From Priestia megaterium (GTDB lineage: Bacteria; Bacillota; Bacilli; Bacillales; Bacillaceae_H), in NCBI RefSeq assembly GCF_015582655.1, contig NZ_CP058255.1: a stretch of 32,000 nucleotides of DNA; one strand, given 5' to 3'. The notes beneath the pieces are model-generated. The model saw only the letters and a program-made list of their open reading frames with translations. It had not been told where the DNA came from and searched no databases. The position numbers and the translations under genes are program-made. This document shows, one piece after another, positions 1 to 8,603 of this stretch; positions within the stretch are counted from its first letter, which is position 1, and the number at the start of each line of letters is the position of its first letter.

Positions 1-1
1 T

Positions 2-1309
2 TTATCTCTCATTCATGAACATTATCTAAACGGATATATTTCCTATCAAAAAGCACTTACCCAGAAAGAAAACGGATATAAATGCAACCGGTGTGGAAGT
101 GATAGCCCCTTTTATTTTGCTTCATTTCCATGCAGTAGATGTCACCAGGAGTGCTACTATTGCCGAGCATGTATTGTAATGGGCAAAGTAAGTGAGTGCA
201 CACCCTTTATAAACTGGGAAGGCCCAGCAAGCAATGTCCTGCCAAAAAGCAGCGTGATGAATTGGAAAGGAACGCTGTCTAAAGCTCAAGAACGTGCTTC
301 AAATGCACTCATTCAAGCTATAAAAAAGGATGAAGAGCTGTTAATTTGGGCTGTTTGCGGAGCAGGAAAAACGGAAATTTTATTTAAAGGTATTGAATCA
401 GCGTTGAACAGCGGAAAGAAAGTCTGTATTGCTACTCCAAGAACAGATGTGGTTATTGAGTTAAAGCCAAGAATTCAATCGGCATTTCCGGATATATCTG
501 TGCTGGCTATGTATGGAGGCAGCGAAGACCGTTTTCATGAATCCTCTCTTATTATTTCCACGACTCATCAACTTCTGCATTATTATCAAGCATTCGATGT
601 GCTGATTATTGACGAAGTAGATGCATTCCCGTATTCGACAGAGCCTATGCTGCACTATGCTGTTGCAAAAGCAGCTAAACACGCTGCATCAAAGATTTAT
701 TTAACAGCGACTCCAAGTGAATCATTAAAAAAAGAAGTTGAGCAAGGAAAAAAACAAGTAGTTAAAATTCCAGCCCGCTATCACCGAATGCTTATTCCTG
801 TTCCTCGGTTTGAATGGTGTGGCAATTGGAAGAAAAAAATGAAAACAGATACTTTGCCTGCTAATGTTGAGAAATGGCTGAAAAAAAGAATAAATGAAGG
901 GAAACAATGCTTTATCTTCGTCCCGCAAATTAAGTGGATTACTCCGATCACAGACATGATTCGAAAGCTGACCGAAAAGGTAGACGGTGTCCATGCTGAA
1001 GATTCCCAGCGAAAAGAAAAAGTAATGAAATTTAGAGAAGGACAGCTAGTTATTTTAGTAACGACAACAATATTAGAGCGAGGCGTAACGGTTCCCAACA
1101 TAGATGTTGCAGTATTGGGAGCAGAAGAAACGATTTTTACTGAAAGTGCTCTTGTCCAAATTTCAGGAAGAGTAGGGAGGAGCGCTCAATTTCCAACAGG
1201 AGACGTGGTCTTTTTTCATTATGGGCAGTCTTTGTCTATGCGAAAAGCAAAAGAACATATTGAATATATGAATGCTCTAGCTTATAAGGAAGGGCTGATT
1301 GATCAATGA
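2..1309 (+). CDS. comFA: ComFA late-competence DNA-uptake helicase/ATPase (5' end cut by window edge)
   Basis: The frame is open from nt 2 to the stop at 1307-1309, and the track ORF at 179 is only the first in-frame ATG. The upstream part translates to ...NGYKCNRCGSDSPFYFASFPCSRCHQECYYCRACIVMGK, a 4-Cys zinc-finger as in ComFA. Walker A is CGAGKTE, the DExD box is IIDEVDAF and helicase motif VI is QISGRVGR. comFC follows directly. Confidence 0.9.
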   Translation, partial: LSLIHEHYLNGYISYQKALTQKENGYKCNRCGSDSPFYFASFPCSRCHQECYYCRACIVMGKVSECTPFINWEGPASNVLPKSSVMNWKGTLSKAQERASNALIQAIKKDEELLIWAVCGAGKTEILFKGIESALNSGKKVCIATPRTDVVIELKPRIQSAFPDISVLAMYGGSEDRFHESSLIISTTHQLLHYYQAFDVLIIDEVDAFPYSTEPMLHYAVAKAAKHAASKIYLTATPSESLKKEVEQGKKQVVKIPARYHRMLIPVPRFEWCGNWKKKMKTDTLPANVEKWLKKRINEGKQCFIFVPQIKWITPITDMIRKLTEKVDGVHAEDSQRKEKVMKFREGQLVILVTTTILERGVTVPNIDVAVLGAEETIFTESALVQISGRVGRSAQFPTGDVVFFHYGQSLSMRKAKEHIEYMNALAYKEGLIDQ

Positions 1310-1998
1310 CAATATGTCTGATTTGTTTTGAACCTCTTGTCTCTTCTTTCGATTGGAGGTCATTGTTAAAACCTTCTTCAACGGACAGGATTTGCGCTGT
1401 TTGCTTGCAAAGATGTCCCATCATCACCAGCAGCATTTGCAGGGGATGCGGCCGTTCTCTTGCAGACCTGGCTCCTTCTCATTATGAGCTAGACACATGT
1501 ATGGACTGTCAGAAATGGAATGATGCTTCTTTTTTTAACCGTTCTCTTTATACGTACAATGATTTTATGCAAAGCATAATAGAACGTTTTAAATTTCAAG
1601 GAGATTATGAAATTATCCAAGCATTCAAAGAGCAGTGGTATAAGTTCTATAAAAAAGAATGTAATCCAAAAGCTATACTAGTTCCTATACCTTTAACGGA
1701 CGAGAGATTATATGAGAGAGGGTTTAACCAATCTTTAGCGCTAGCTGAACTGATCAGTGACAACATAGAAATGCCTCTTGTTCGCTGTTCAGGAACAAAG
1801 CAATCAAAAAAAAATAGGCGAAGTCGGCTGGCAGAAAGGCTGGAATTTAAAGTAGTCGATTCCTCAATGGTTACGAATCAAGAATTTCTCTTGATTGATG
1901 ACATTTATACAACAGGAGCAACCGTGCGCCAAGCGGCAAATTGCTTGCAGGAAGCTGGTGCACGCTCAGTTCGTTCGCTCACTTTAATTCGTGCATGA
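1306..1998 (+). CDS. comFC: ComFC competence protein (phosphoribosyltransferase-fold)
   Basis: The ATG overlaps the comFA stop as ATGA at 1306-1309. N-terminal Cys pairs are present (CLICF, CAVC, CRGCG, CMDC). The C-terminal PRTase signature is LLIDDIYTTGAT. It sits in the expected position after comFA. Confidence 0.88.
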   Translation: MTICLICFEPLVSSFDWRSLLKPSSTDRICAVCLQRCPIITSSICRGCGRSLADLAPSHYELDTCMDCQKWNDASFFNRSLYTYNDFMQSIIERFKFQGDYEIIQAFKEQWYKFYKKECNPKAILVPIPLTDERLYERGFNQSLALAELISDNIEMPLVRCSGTKQSKKNRRSRLAERLEFKVVDSSMVTNQEFLLIDDIYTTGATVRQAANCLQEAGARSVRSLTLIRA

Positions 1999-2059
1999 AG
2001 ATGTATAATTTAAAACTTTGACCGATAGTAAAATAAAAAACAAATGAGGAGTTTCGAAT

Positions 2060-2473
2060 ATGGGAACGTTAGATAATTGCAGGGAATGCGGTCATTTATT
2101 TGTAAAAAATGGATCAATAAACATATGTAAATCGTGTTTTGACAAAGAAGAAGCTCTGTTTCAACGTGTTTCTTCATTCCTGAAGAAAAGAGCAAATCGT
2201 ACAGCAACGACTCACGAAGTGATGAAAGAAACGGGCGTTTCAGATTCGTTAATTCATCAATTTATTCGACAAGGTCGTTTAGTGCTAACTAATTTTCCAA
2301 ACATAAGCTATCCATGCATGCAATGCAATGCTCAGATTCGAGAAGGGAAACTTTGCTATTCATGCTCTCAAGAAATTAAACATGGGTTAGAAAAGCATAA
2401 CCGTGAGATGATTCGTTCAAATGAAGAGCCGACGCGTCCCACCTATCGTTCTAACGAAAGGAAAAAAGAGTAA
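2060..2473 (+). CDS. yvyF: YvyF-like flagellar operon zinc-ribbon protein
   Basis: RBS GAGGAG lies about 8 nt upstream of the ATG. Cys pairs occur at both ends (CRECG...CKSC and CMQC...CYSC). At 137 aa it is similar in size to B. subtilis YvyF, and it sits between comFC and flgM as yvyF does there. Confidence 0.75.
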   Translation: MGTLDNCRECGHLFVKNGSINICKSCFDKEEALFQRVSSFLKKRANRTATTHEVMKETGVSDSLIHQFIRQGRLVLTNFPNISYPCMQCNAQIREGKLCYSCSQEIKHGLEKHNREMIRSNEEPTRPTYRSNERKKE

Positions 2474-2560
2474 AAGTGTGCTGAGTGTTTGCAGGTTCTC
2501 TATCTATAGACCTATGTTTAAGGAGGACTGTGAAAATGGTCTCAACTTCCTTGCCGATGC

Positions 2561-2587
2561 TAAAGGTTTAGATGGAAATTCCGATAT
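2561..2587 (+). promoter_or_regulatory. SigD (sigma-28)-type promoter for the flgM-flgN-flgK-flgL(-fliW-csrA) unit
   Basis: TAAA (2561-2564), a 15-nt spacer, then TCCGATAT (2580-2587), against the consensus TAAA-N15-GCCGATAT. It lies 46 nt upstream of the flgM start. A weaker GCCGATGC also occurs at 2553-2560. Confidence 0.7.
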
Positions 2588-2632
2588 AATGAATAGAGAT
2601 AACGGATACAAATATAAAAAGAGGTGAGAGAG

Positions 2633-2887
2633 ATGAAGATTAACCCATCGAACTTATTTGGAATAAATCCGTACAAAAAACAATCAGAAAAAACAGAACA
2701 GGTCTCTAAAAAGAATCCACAAGATCAGATTCATATTTCATCTGAGGCGAAGAAACTTCAGGGAAATGAACCATCTCCAGAAAGACTTGAAAAATTGGAG
2801 AAATTAAAACAGCAAATTAACAGCGGAACGTACGAAATTAACGGAAAAGAAATTGCTAAAAGTATTGTAGATTTCTATAAAAAATAA
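2633..2887 (+). CDS. flgM: FlgM anti-sigma-28 (anti-SigD) factor
   Basis: I prefer the ATG at 2633, which lies 6 nt after AAGAGGTG, over the track GTG at 2624, which lies inside that RBS. The protein is small and acidic/basic with the C-terminal pattern ...KLEKLKQQINSGTYEINGKEIAKSIVDFY typical of FlgM. Its position relative to flgN and flgK fits. Confidence 0.85.
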   Translation: MKINPSNLFGINPYKKQSEKTEQVSKKNPQDQIHISSEAKKLQGNEPSPERLEKLEKLKQQINSGTYEINGKEIAKSIVDFYKK

Positions 2888-2902
2888 AAGGACTGACATT
2901 GA

Positions 2903-3370
2903 TTGAACGTGCAAGAAATTCAAACGATACTAGAAAAACAAGTAACGCTTCACAAAAGTTTGTCTGTCATTGTTAAAGAGAAAACGAATTTCATTATTAA
3001 CCAAGATGTAAAGGCATTGACGGCTTCTTTGCAAAAAGAGCAATCTCATATAGCTGCTATTTCTGCACTGGAAACAAAACGTATAGAAGTGATGGAAAAA
3101 AGCGGACATGCTGCTCGCTCCATTGAAGAAATAGCAGGCTCATTCTCTGAATACTCCATCTTGATACCCTTTCAAAAACAACTAATAGATATAATTCAAG
3201 ATATAAAGTATGCAAATGACTTGAACAATCAGCTGCTTACACAGTCTTTGCAGCTGATTCATACCGAACTAGACCTTCTTGTTCCATCGAAACGAGAGGA
3301 TTCGTTCAATTACACAAAAACAAATAATAGATCGTTTCAGTCCAACTCTATTTTTAATTCGAAGGCATAA
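2903..3370 (+). CDS. flgN: FlgN-family flagellar chaperone (YvyG-like)
   Basis: TTG start 10 nt after AAAGGA. The protein is 155 aa and looks helical. It lies between flgM and flgK as yvyG does in B. subtilis. The start codon is not certain; GTG at 2909 is the alternative. Confidence 0.7.
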   Translation: MNVQEIQTILEKQVTLHKSLSVIVKEKTNFIINQDVKALTASLQKEQSHIAAISALETKRIEVMEKSGHAARSIEEIAGSFSEYSILIPFQKQLIDIIQDIKYANDLNNQLLTQSLQLIHTELDLLVPSKREDSFNYTKTNNRSFQSNSIFNSKA

Positions 3371-3388
3371 AGAACGGAGGAAAGCAGA

Positions 3389-4912
3389 ATGAGTTCAACA
3401 TTTCATGGTTTGCAGGTGGCTAAACGAGGAATGGATGCCCAACAAGCGGCTCTTTACACGATTGGCCATAACGTATCTAATGCAAATACGCCGGGCTATA
3501 CGCGTCAGCGAGTAAGTTTAGAAACGTTCCCAGCTTATCCAGCCCCAGGGATGAATCAGGCTGGAACTGCGGGTCAAATAGGAATGGGAGTAGAAGCCAG
3601 CACGGTAGAGCGAATACGGGATACATTTTTAGATACTCAGTATCGAGATGAAACCATTAAAGTGGGGTATTGGGATGCACGCGCTGGTGCTCTTGAAAAA
3701 ATGGAGGAAATTATGAATGAACCTACTGAAGATGGACTTTCAGCTGTTTTTAATCAATTTTTTGAGTCTATTCAAGATGTAGCTTCACACCCTTCAGAAG
3801 CAGGAGCCAGGTCTGTTATGATTGAACGAGCTGAAGCAGTAGGCGATACTTTCTCTTATTTATCTACTTCTCTAAAAACGATTCAAGGTGATTTACAAAA
3901 CGAGCGTGACGTAGCCGTAACACAAGTGAATTCTTTGCTAGAGCAAATAAATAACGTGAACCAACAAATACAAAAGGTAGAACCGAATGGCTATTTGCCT
4001 AATGATTTGTATGATGAAAGAGATCGGTTGCTAGACGAGATCTCTAAATTTATGCCGGCGGTTTCTTTAGAGTATACAAAAAGCAGCGGGAACGCTTCTG
4101 CAACGTCAGAAGGAGTGGTAACGGTTCAGCTTCAAACGTCTCAAGGGCCTATTACTCTTTTAGATGGGAAAACTCATCAAGTAAATGCCATCAGTTTGGC
4201 AACAAATCAAGATTCTTATGTGACGGAAATTCATATAGGGGATGAGATACGGAACCCTGAGTCATTTCCTCAAGGAAAACTTAAAGGGTTAATTGAGGCT
4301 TCTGGATATATAGATAATAGTGGTAATAAAACAGGTGTTTACGCTTCAATGATTGATGATTTAGATGAAATGGCATATGAGTTTGTGAACTGGTTTAATG
4401 ATAAGCACCAACAAGGTGTCACGCTAGATGGTGAAACTGGTATGTCCTTTTTTAATGAGATTTCTCAGAGAGAAGGGGCTGCAACTGGAATTGTTATTGC
4501 TGATAAAATTAAACAAAACACAAACAATATTGCTGCTGCTTCGGCCTCCTCTGGAGATGATGGAACTGGCCGCAAAGGAGATGGACAAAATGCTCAGCTA
4601 TTGTCTCAATTTCGTCAAAAGGTGCTTATTAATTCCGGGAATCAAGCTGTTTCCCTAGATGGCTTTTATCAATCTGTTATTGGCCAAATGTCAGTAGATG
4701 CCCAACAAGCCAACCGCTTAAAAAGTAATTCAGAAACCCTTCAGGGAGCTGTAGAGCAAAGGCGACAGTCTACCAGTGCAGTTTCATTAGATGAAGAGAT
4801 GACCAATATGATTCAGTTTCAGCATGCTTATAACGCTAGTGCCCGTATGGTGACGATGATTGATGAAATGCTTGATAAAATTGTAAACGGTCTTGGAACT
4901 GGAGGAAGGTAA
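3389..4912 (+). CDS. flgK: Flagellar hook-associated protein 1
   Basis: RBS GGAGG precedes the ATG. The N-terminus is MSSTFHGLQVAKRGMDAQQAALYTIGHNVSNANTPGYTRQ and the C-terminus is ...VSLDEEMTNMIQFQHAYNASARMVTMIDEML. Both are conserved HAP1 terminal domains. Confidence 0.95.
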   Translation: MSSTFHGLQVAKRGMDAQQAALYTIGHNVSNANTPGYTRQRVSLETFPAYPAPGMNQAGTAGQIGMGVEASTVERIRDTFLDTQYRDETIKVGYWDARAGALEKMEEIMNEPTEDGLSAVFNQFFESIQDVASHPSEAGARSVMIERAEAVGDTFSYLSTSLKTIQGDLQNERDVAVTQVNSLLEQINNVNQQIQKVEPNGYLPNDLYDERDRLLDEISKFMPAVSLEYTKSSGNASATSEGVVTVQLQTSQGPITLLDGKTHQVNAISLATNQDSYVTEIHIGDEIRNPESFPQGKLKGLIEASGYIDNSGNKTGVYASMIDDLDEMAYEFVNWFNDKHQQGVTLDGETGMSFFNEISQREGAATGIVIADKIKQNTNNIAAASASSGDDGTGRKGDGQNAQLLSQFRQKVLINSGNQAVSLDGFYQSVIGQMSVDAQQANRLKSNSETLQGAVEQRRQSTSAVSLDEEMTNMIQFQHAYNASARMVTMIDEMLDKIVNGLGTGGR

Positions 4913-4914
4913 AG

Positions 4915-5796
4915 ATGCGCGTCACACAAGGAATGTTAGCGGCTAATTCGTTAAAACAGATTAGCAATAGCTATAATAAGCTGGAAACACTTCAAAACCA
5001 ATTATCAACGGGAAAGAAAATTACTCGTCCTTCCGATGACCCGGTAGTGGCTACTAAAGGAATGGCTTATCGTTCGAATCTTTCTGAAGTAAATCAATAT
5101 AAACGTAATTTAACAGAGGCACAGTCTTGGTTTGATAGTTCAGAATCAGGACTTGAACAAGTCAACTCCATTCTTCAGCGCACTAAAGAGCTGGTCGTGC
5201 AAGGGTTAAACGGTACGAATGAAAGTGATGACCGCCAAGCGATTGCACGTGAAATTGAACAGTTAAAGCTGGATTATATGCAAGTAGGCAATACGCAGGT
5301 GGCAGGAAACTATATCTTTAACGGTGTAAATGTAGGAGCAGCGCCTATAAGTGAGAGTGCAAGCGGTATAATAGAATCGAACATTAACCTGGATCCTTTT
5401 TCAGTTGAAGTATCAAAAGGTATCCAGCTGAGAGTCAATATTCATCCTGAAAACATTTTTGGACAAGGTGCATTCGACTTAATGAACAATGTTCAAACAG
5501 CCTTTGAACAAAACGATGTCAACTCACTAAAAGATCTCTCTACACAGGTAGATACGCAGCTGTCTACGCTATTAGCAGAGCGATCTGAATTGGGAGCAAG
5601 GAGCAATCGGCTTGAGCTGATCGAAAACCGCCTTGATTCACAGGAAATTACAGCTACTAAGATGCTTTCAAATAATGAAGATGCAGATATTGAAAAAGTC
5701 ATTACGGATTTAACCGTACAAGAAAGCGTGCATCGTGCTGCTTTAGGAGTAGGGGCTCAAATTATTCAGCCTACGCTGCTAGATTTCTTGCGTTAA
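4915..5796 (+). CDS. flgL: Flagellar hook-associated protein 3
   Basis: It starts 2 nt after the flgK stop, with RBS GGAGGAAGG. The N-terminus MRVTQGMLAANSLKQISNSYNKLETLQNQLSTGKKITRPSDDPV is FlgL-like. The size (293 aa) and position after flgK argue for HAP3 rather than flagellin. Confidence 0.9.
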   Translation: MRVTQGMLAANSLKQISNSYNKLETLQNQLSTGKKITRPSDDPVVATKGMAYRSNLSEVNQYKRNLTEAQSWFDSSESGLEQVNSILQRTKELVVQGLNGTNESDDRQAIAREIEQLKLDYMQVGNTQVAGNYIFNGVNVGAAPISESASGIIESNINLDPFSVEVSKGIQLRVNIHPENIFGQGAFDLMNNVQTAFEQNDVNSLKDLSTQVDTQLSTLLAERSELGARSNRLELIENRLDSQEITATKMLSNNEDADIEKVITDLTVQESVHRAALGVGAQIIQPTLLDFLR

Positions 5797-5801
5797 AAAG
5801 T

Positions 5802-5828
5802 TCCTTCTAAACAGAAGGAGCTTTTTTA
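5802..5828 (+). terminator. Weak rho-independent terminator/attenuator after flgL
   Basis: Stem TCCTTCT (5802-5808) / AGAAGGA (5813-5819) with loop AAAC, followed by CTTTTTT. The stem is short, so read-through into fliW-csrA is likely. Confidence 0.45.
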
Positions 5829-5877
5829 CAATGAAAAAAGATAACAAGAAAAAATCAATTAGCAAAGGTGTGATGAG

Positions 5878-6300
5878 ATGAAAATTTCAACAAGCTACCA
5901 TGGAGATATAGAAATAGATAATCAGCAAACACTGACATTCAATCAAGGGATTCCAGGTTTTTTGGAAGAAACTGAATTCGTTATTTTACCACTTCCCGAA
6001 GCCGAAGCTTTCCAAGTTCTGCAGTCTATTCAAACCAAAGAATTAGCTTTTATTATCACTGATCCATTTCAGTTTTTTTTAGATTATGATTTTCAACTAG
6101 AACCTCAGGAAATCGAAAAGCTTCAATTACAACAAGCGGAAGATGCAGCTGTTTACGTATTGCTTACGATGTCAGATTCTGTGGAAAATATAACGGCTAA
6201 TTTGCAGGCTCCTGTTATTATTAATACAAAGCAACAGCTTGCTAAGCAAGTGATTTTAATGAATACAGCTTACGAAACGAAGCACAGGTTATTTGAGTAA
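5878..6300 (+). CDS. fliW: FliW flagellar assembly factor (CsrA antagonist)
   Basis: RBS AAAGGTGTGA precedes the ATG. The N-terminus is MKISTSYHGDIEIDNQQTLTFNQGIPGFLEETEFVILPL, including the FliW-typical GIPGF motif. csrA lies immediately downstream. Confidence 0.92.
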   Translation: MKISTSYHGDIEIDNQQTLTFNQGIPGFLEETEFVILPLPEAEAFQVLQSIQTKELAFIITDPFQFFLDYDFQLEPQEIEKLQLQQAEDAAVYVLLTMSDSVENITANLQAPVIINTKQQLAKQVILMNTAYETKHRLFE

Positions 6301-6324
6301 GAGGAATAGATAAGGAGTGAGTCC

Positions 6325-6555
6325 ATGCTTGTTTTAACACGAAAGTTAAATGAAACAATCAAAATAGGTGATGAAATTGAAGTGACCGTCCTTGCAGTTA
6401 ATGGTGATCAAGTAAAGTTAGGAATTCAAGCTCCAAAGTCTGTAGATATTCATAGACAAGAGATTTATGAAGAAATACGTAACGAAAATAAAAGTGCTTC
6501 TCAAATTACATTACATGCTATTGATATGCTAAAACAATTACCAAAAAAGAAATAA
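6325..6555 (+). CDS. csrA: Carbon storage regulator CsrA (translational repressor)
   Basis: MLVLTRKLNETIKIGDEIEVTVLAVNGDQVKLGIQAPKSVDIHRQEIYEEI is the canonical CsrA sequence. RBS is TAAGGAGTGA. Confidence 0.96.
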   Translation: MLVLTRKLNETIKIGDEIEVTVLAVNGDQVKLGIQAPKSVDIHRQEIYEEIRNENKSASQITLHAIDMLKQLPKKK

Positions 6556-6645
6556 AACGATCAGTTAGAAAATAATCAAAAATATACGGTATAAATAATA
6601 TCTAAATCGGGAAAGATAAACATATAGTATTCCCCACTATGTCTT

Positions 6646-6679
6646 AAGCCTTTCTCTTCAAGAGAAAGGCTTCTTTTTT
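6646..6679 (+). terminator. Rho-independent terminator ending the flgM...csrA unit
   Basis: Perfect 12-bp stem AAGCCTTTCTCT (6646-6657) / AGAGAAAGGCTT (6661-6672), followed by CTTTTTT. Confidence 0.85.
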
Positions 6680-6782
6680 ATCAAAAAATTAAACTGAATT
6701 TCTGTTTTTTTCCTTTTTATCGTGTATCATTAAATTTATTAAGTATAATTCAAATAAATTTAACAAAAGAGGAGAAGAGTAA

Positions 6783-7337
6783 ATGAGTGATGTTCAAGAG
6801 TATCATGATTTATTAAAAGAAGCAGAAGATGTGGTTGTCAGCGCTTTAGCTGATACGATGGATTTATATGGGGTCACACCTTCAGTAGGAAGGCTGTATG
6901 GCATGCTTTATTTTATGGATGAGCCGGTTACGTTAGATCAAATGAGTGAAGAATTGGGTATGAGTAAACCAACGATGAGTACATCCATTCGTTCACTGCA
7001 AAATATTGATATGGTCCACAAAGTGTGGAAAAAAGGTGTTCGAAAAGACTTATATGAAGCAGAAAAAGATTTTTCTAAGTCCTTTTTTTCATTTTTCTGT
7101 AAGAAGTGGCAAAGAGAAATTTCAGTTAATTTAGAGGCAATCGAAGAAGCGGAAAACAAGCTGCAGCTTCTCTTAAATGATGAAGATGTGCCTGAGGAGA
7201 TCACAGTAAAAGCAAAGCGTAATTTAGCGCAGATTATAGAGTCCAAACATTATTATCATTTCTTGAAAAAAGTAGTGAAAGTTTTTGACGACCGAAGAAT
7301 CATCGATATTTTAAATGAAGAATTAGCGAAAGAGTAA
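6783..7337 (+). CDS. gbsR: GbsR/OpuAR-family (MarR-type) choline-responsive transcriptional repressor
   Basis: RBS AGAGGAGAAGAG precedes the ATG. The 184-aa protein carries the N-terminal winged-helix region ...LADTMDLYGVTPSVGRLYGMLYFMDEPVTLDQMSEELGMSKPTMSTSIRSLQNIDMVHKV that I recognise as GbsR/COG1510-like. It lies adjacent to gbsAB, though convergent rather than divergent as I recall for B. subtilis. Confidence 0.7.
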   Translation: MSDVQEYHDLLKEAEDVVVSALADTMDLYGVTPSVGRLYGMLYFMDEPVTLDQMSEELGMSKPTMSTSIRSLQNIDMVHKVWKKGVRKDLYEAEKDFSKSFFSFFCKKWQREISVNLEAIEEAENKLQLLLNDEDVPEEITVKAKRNLAQIIESKHYYHFLKKVVKVFDDRRIIDILNEELAKE

Positions 7338-7343
7338 ATAAAA

Positions 7344-7372
7344 AAGGCTGTTGAAAAATCAACAGCCTTTTT
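7344..7372. terminator. Bidirectional terminator between convergent gbsR and gbsB
   Basis: Perfect 11-bp stem AAGGCTGTTGA (7344-7354) / TCAACAGCCTT (7359-7369) with loop AAAA. An A-run lies upstream and a T-run downstream. Confidence 0.85.
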
Positions 7373-7379
7373 ATCATTT

Positions 7380-8582
7380 TTATACGGTTAATGGTGTAGC
7401 TTCAAAACAGCGGTTATAAATCCATTCGTAACTTTTTACAGTTAAATCACGAGGGTTACCAACCGTTTGTGGATCATTAAATGCTTCTTGAGCTAAGCGA
7501 GAAACTGCTTCTTTTGGAACACCTTGTTCTTCTAGAGAAGGGATTTGTACATCTTTAACTAGTTGATATACTTCACGAACAGCTGCTTGAGCTGCTTCTT
7601 CAAGCGTTAATTCATGTGTATTAACTCCTAAAGCTTGAGCTATGCGCGCAAATTTTTCAGGCTCGCCCATCCAGTTATATTCCATTACAGGACCTAGCAT
7701 AGCTGCTACGCAAGGGCCATGGGCAATTGGATAAATGCCTCCTAATGTTTGTGCCATCGCGTGAGCTGCTCCTGCAGATTCACTTCCATATGAAAGGCCA
7801 GCAAGCATAGCTGCATGCGCCATTCCATAGCGTGCTTCGATGTCCTGTCCATTTGCAACTGCACGTCGTAAGTATTTTCCAACGTACTCAATAGCCAATA
7901 AAGCAACAGAGTCTGTCATTGGTTGTGCAAAGTGACATGTATAACATTCAATTGCATGAGCTAATGCGTCAATTCCTGTACCGGCCGTAATATGTGAAGG
8001 CATAGATACGTGCAGTTCTGGATCAATAATTGTTAAGTGAGCAGCAATTAAAGGTCCACCTGTATTAAACTTAAACTCACGAACAGGATCTGTAATAACA
8101 GCCCATTGTGTGACTTCACTTCCTGTACCCGCAGTTGTAGGAATAGTTGTTAAAGGAGGGATACGTTTTGTTAAAGGTTTTTTTCCTTCAGCTGCTTCAT
8201 AATCTAAGACGGGAGCATTATGAGCTACTTCTACACCAATAGCTTTTGCCGTATCCATTGAGCTTCCGCCTCCAACAGCTACTAGTCCGTTGCATTCATT
8301 TTCTTTGTACATTTTTGTGCCGTCTGCTACTACGTGAATAGAAGGGTTGGCTTCTACTTGGTCAAATAAAACAACGTCTACGTCCGCTTCTTTTAAACTA
8401 GCGATTACAGGGTCTGCTAAACCTACTTTTTTTACACCAGGATCTGTTACTAGTAAAACCTTAGATACACCTAGGTTTTTTACTTCTTCTCCAGTATGCT
8501 TAACAGCACCAATTCCATGTTTTACAACCGTTGGCATCTCAAAACTTTTTAAACGTTCCATTCTTTCAAATCGCATAAACAT
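7380..8582 (-). CDS. gbsB: Iron-containing (type III) alcohol dehydrogenase, choline dehydrogenase GbsB-like
   Basis: RBS AAGGGGGA lies 8 nt upstream of the ATG at 8582. Motifs GGGSSMDTAKA and the His-rich metal site GIDALAHAIE...HAMAQTLGG mark the Fe-ADH family. At 400 aa it is close to B. subtilis GbsB (about 400 aa). It starts 21 nt downstream of the gbsA stop. Confidence 0.85.
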   Translation of the reverse strand: MFMRFERMERLKSFEMPTVVKHGIGAVKHTGEEVKNLGVSKVLLVTDPGVKKVGLADPVIASLKEADVDVVLFDQVEANPSIHVVADGTKMYKENECNGLVAVGGGSSMDTAKAIGVEVAHNAPVLDYEAAEGKKPLTKRIPPLTTIPTTAGTGSEVTQWAVITDPVREFKFNTGGPLIAAHLTIIDPELHVSMPSHITAGTGIDALAHAIECYTCHFAQPMTDSVALLAIEYVGKYLRRAVANGQDIEARYGMAHAAMLAGLSYGSESAGAAHAMAQTLGGIYPIAHGPCVAAMLGPVMEYNWMGEPEKFARIAQALGVNTHELTLEEAAQAAVREVYQLVKDVQIPSLEEQGVPKEAVSRLAQEAFNDPQTVGNPRDLTVKSYEWIYNRCFEATPLTV

Positions 8583-8603
8583 CTTTACATTCCCCCTTGA
8601 ATT

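Noticed and set aside
461-1436. Track ORFs on the minus strand inside comFA/comFC (461..682, 725..994, 781..1101, 1236..1436).
   Set aside because: They are fully antisense to a well-supported helicase CDS, have no RBS and give low-complexity or odd composition. These are typical shadow ORFs.
2021-2028. ACCGATAG upstream of yvyF as a second SigD -10 box.
   Set aside because: No TAAA-like -35 lies at the required 15-16 nt spacing (TGTA/GTAT instead). I cannot support a promoter from the -10 half alone.
2421-2627. 68-aa + strand ORF spanning the yvyF 3' end and the yvyF-flgM spacer.
   Set aside because: It overlaps yvyF out of frame and runs through the SigD promoter. It has no RBS, and its product looks like random basic sequence.
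4428-5702. Internal or antisense ORFs in flgK and flgL (4428..4658 +, 5493..5702 -).
   Set aside because: They are embedded in strongly supported flagellar CDSs in other frames, with no independent signals.
6603-6628. Possible remnant of a hag SigD promoter (TAAA-N14-CATATAGT) downstream of csrA.
   Set aside because: Only about 4 of 8 positions match the -10 consensus, and it lies upstream of the csrA terminator hairpin. This is indistinguishable from chance.
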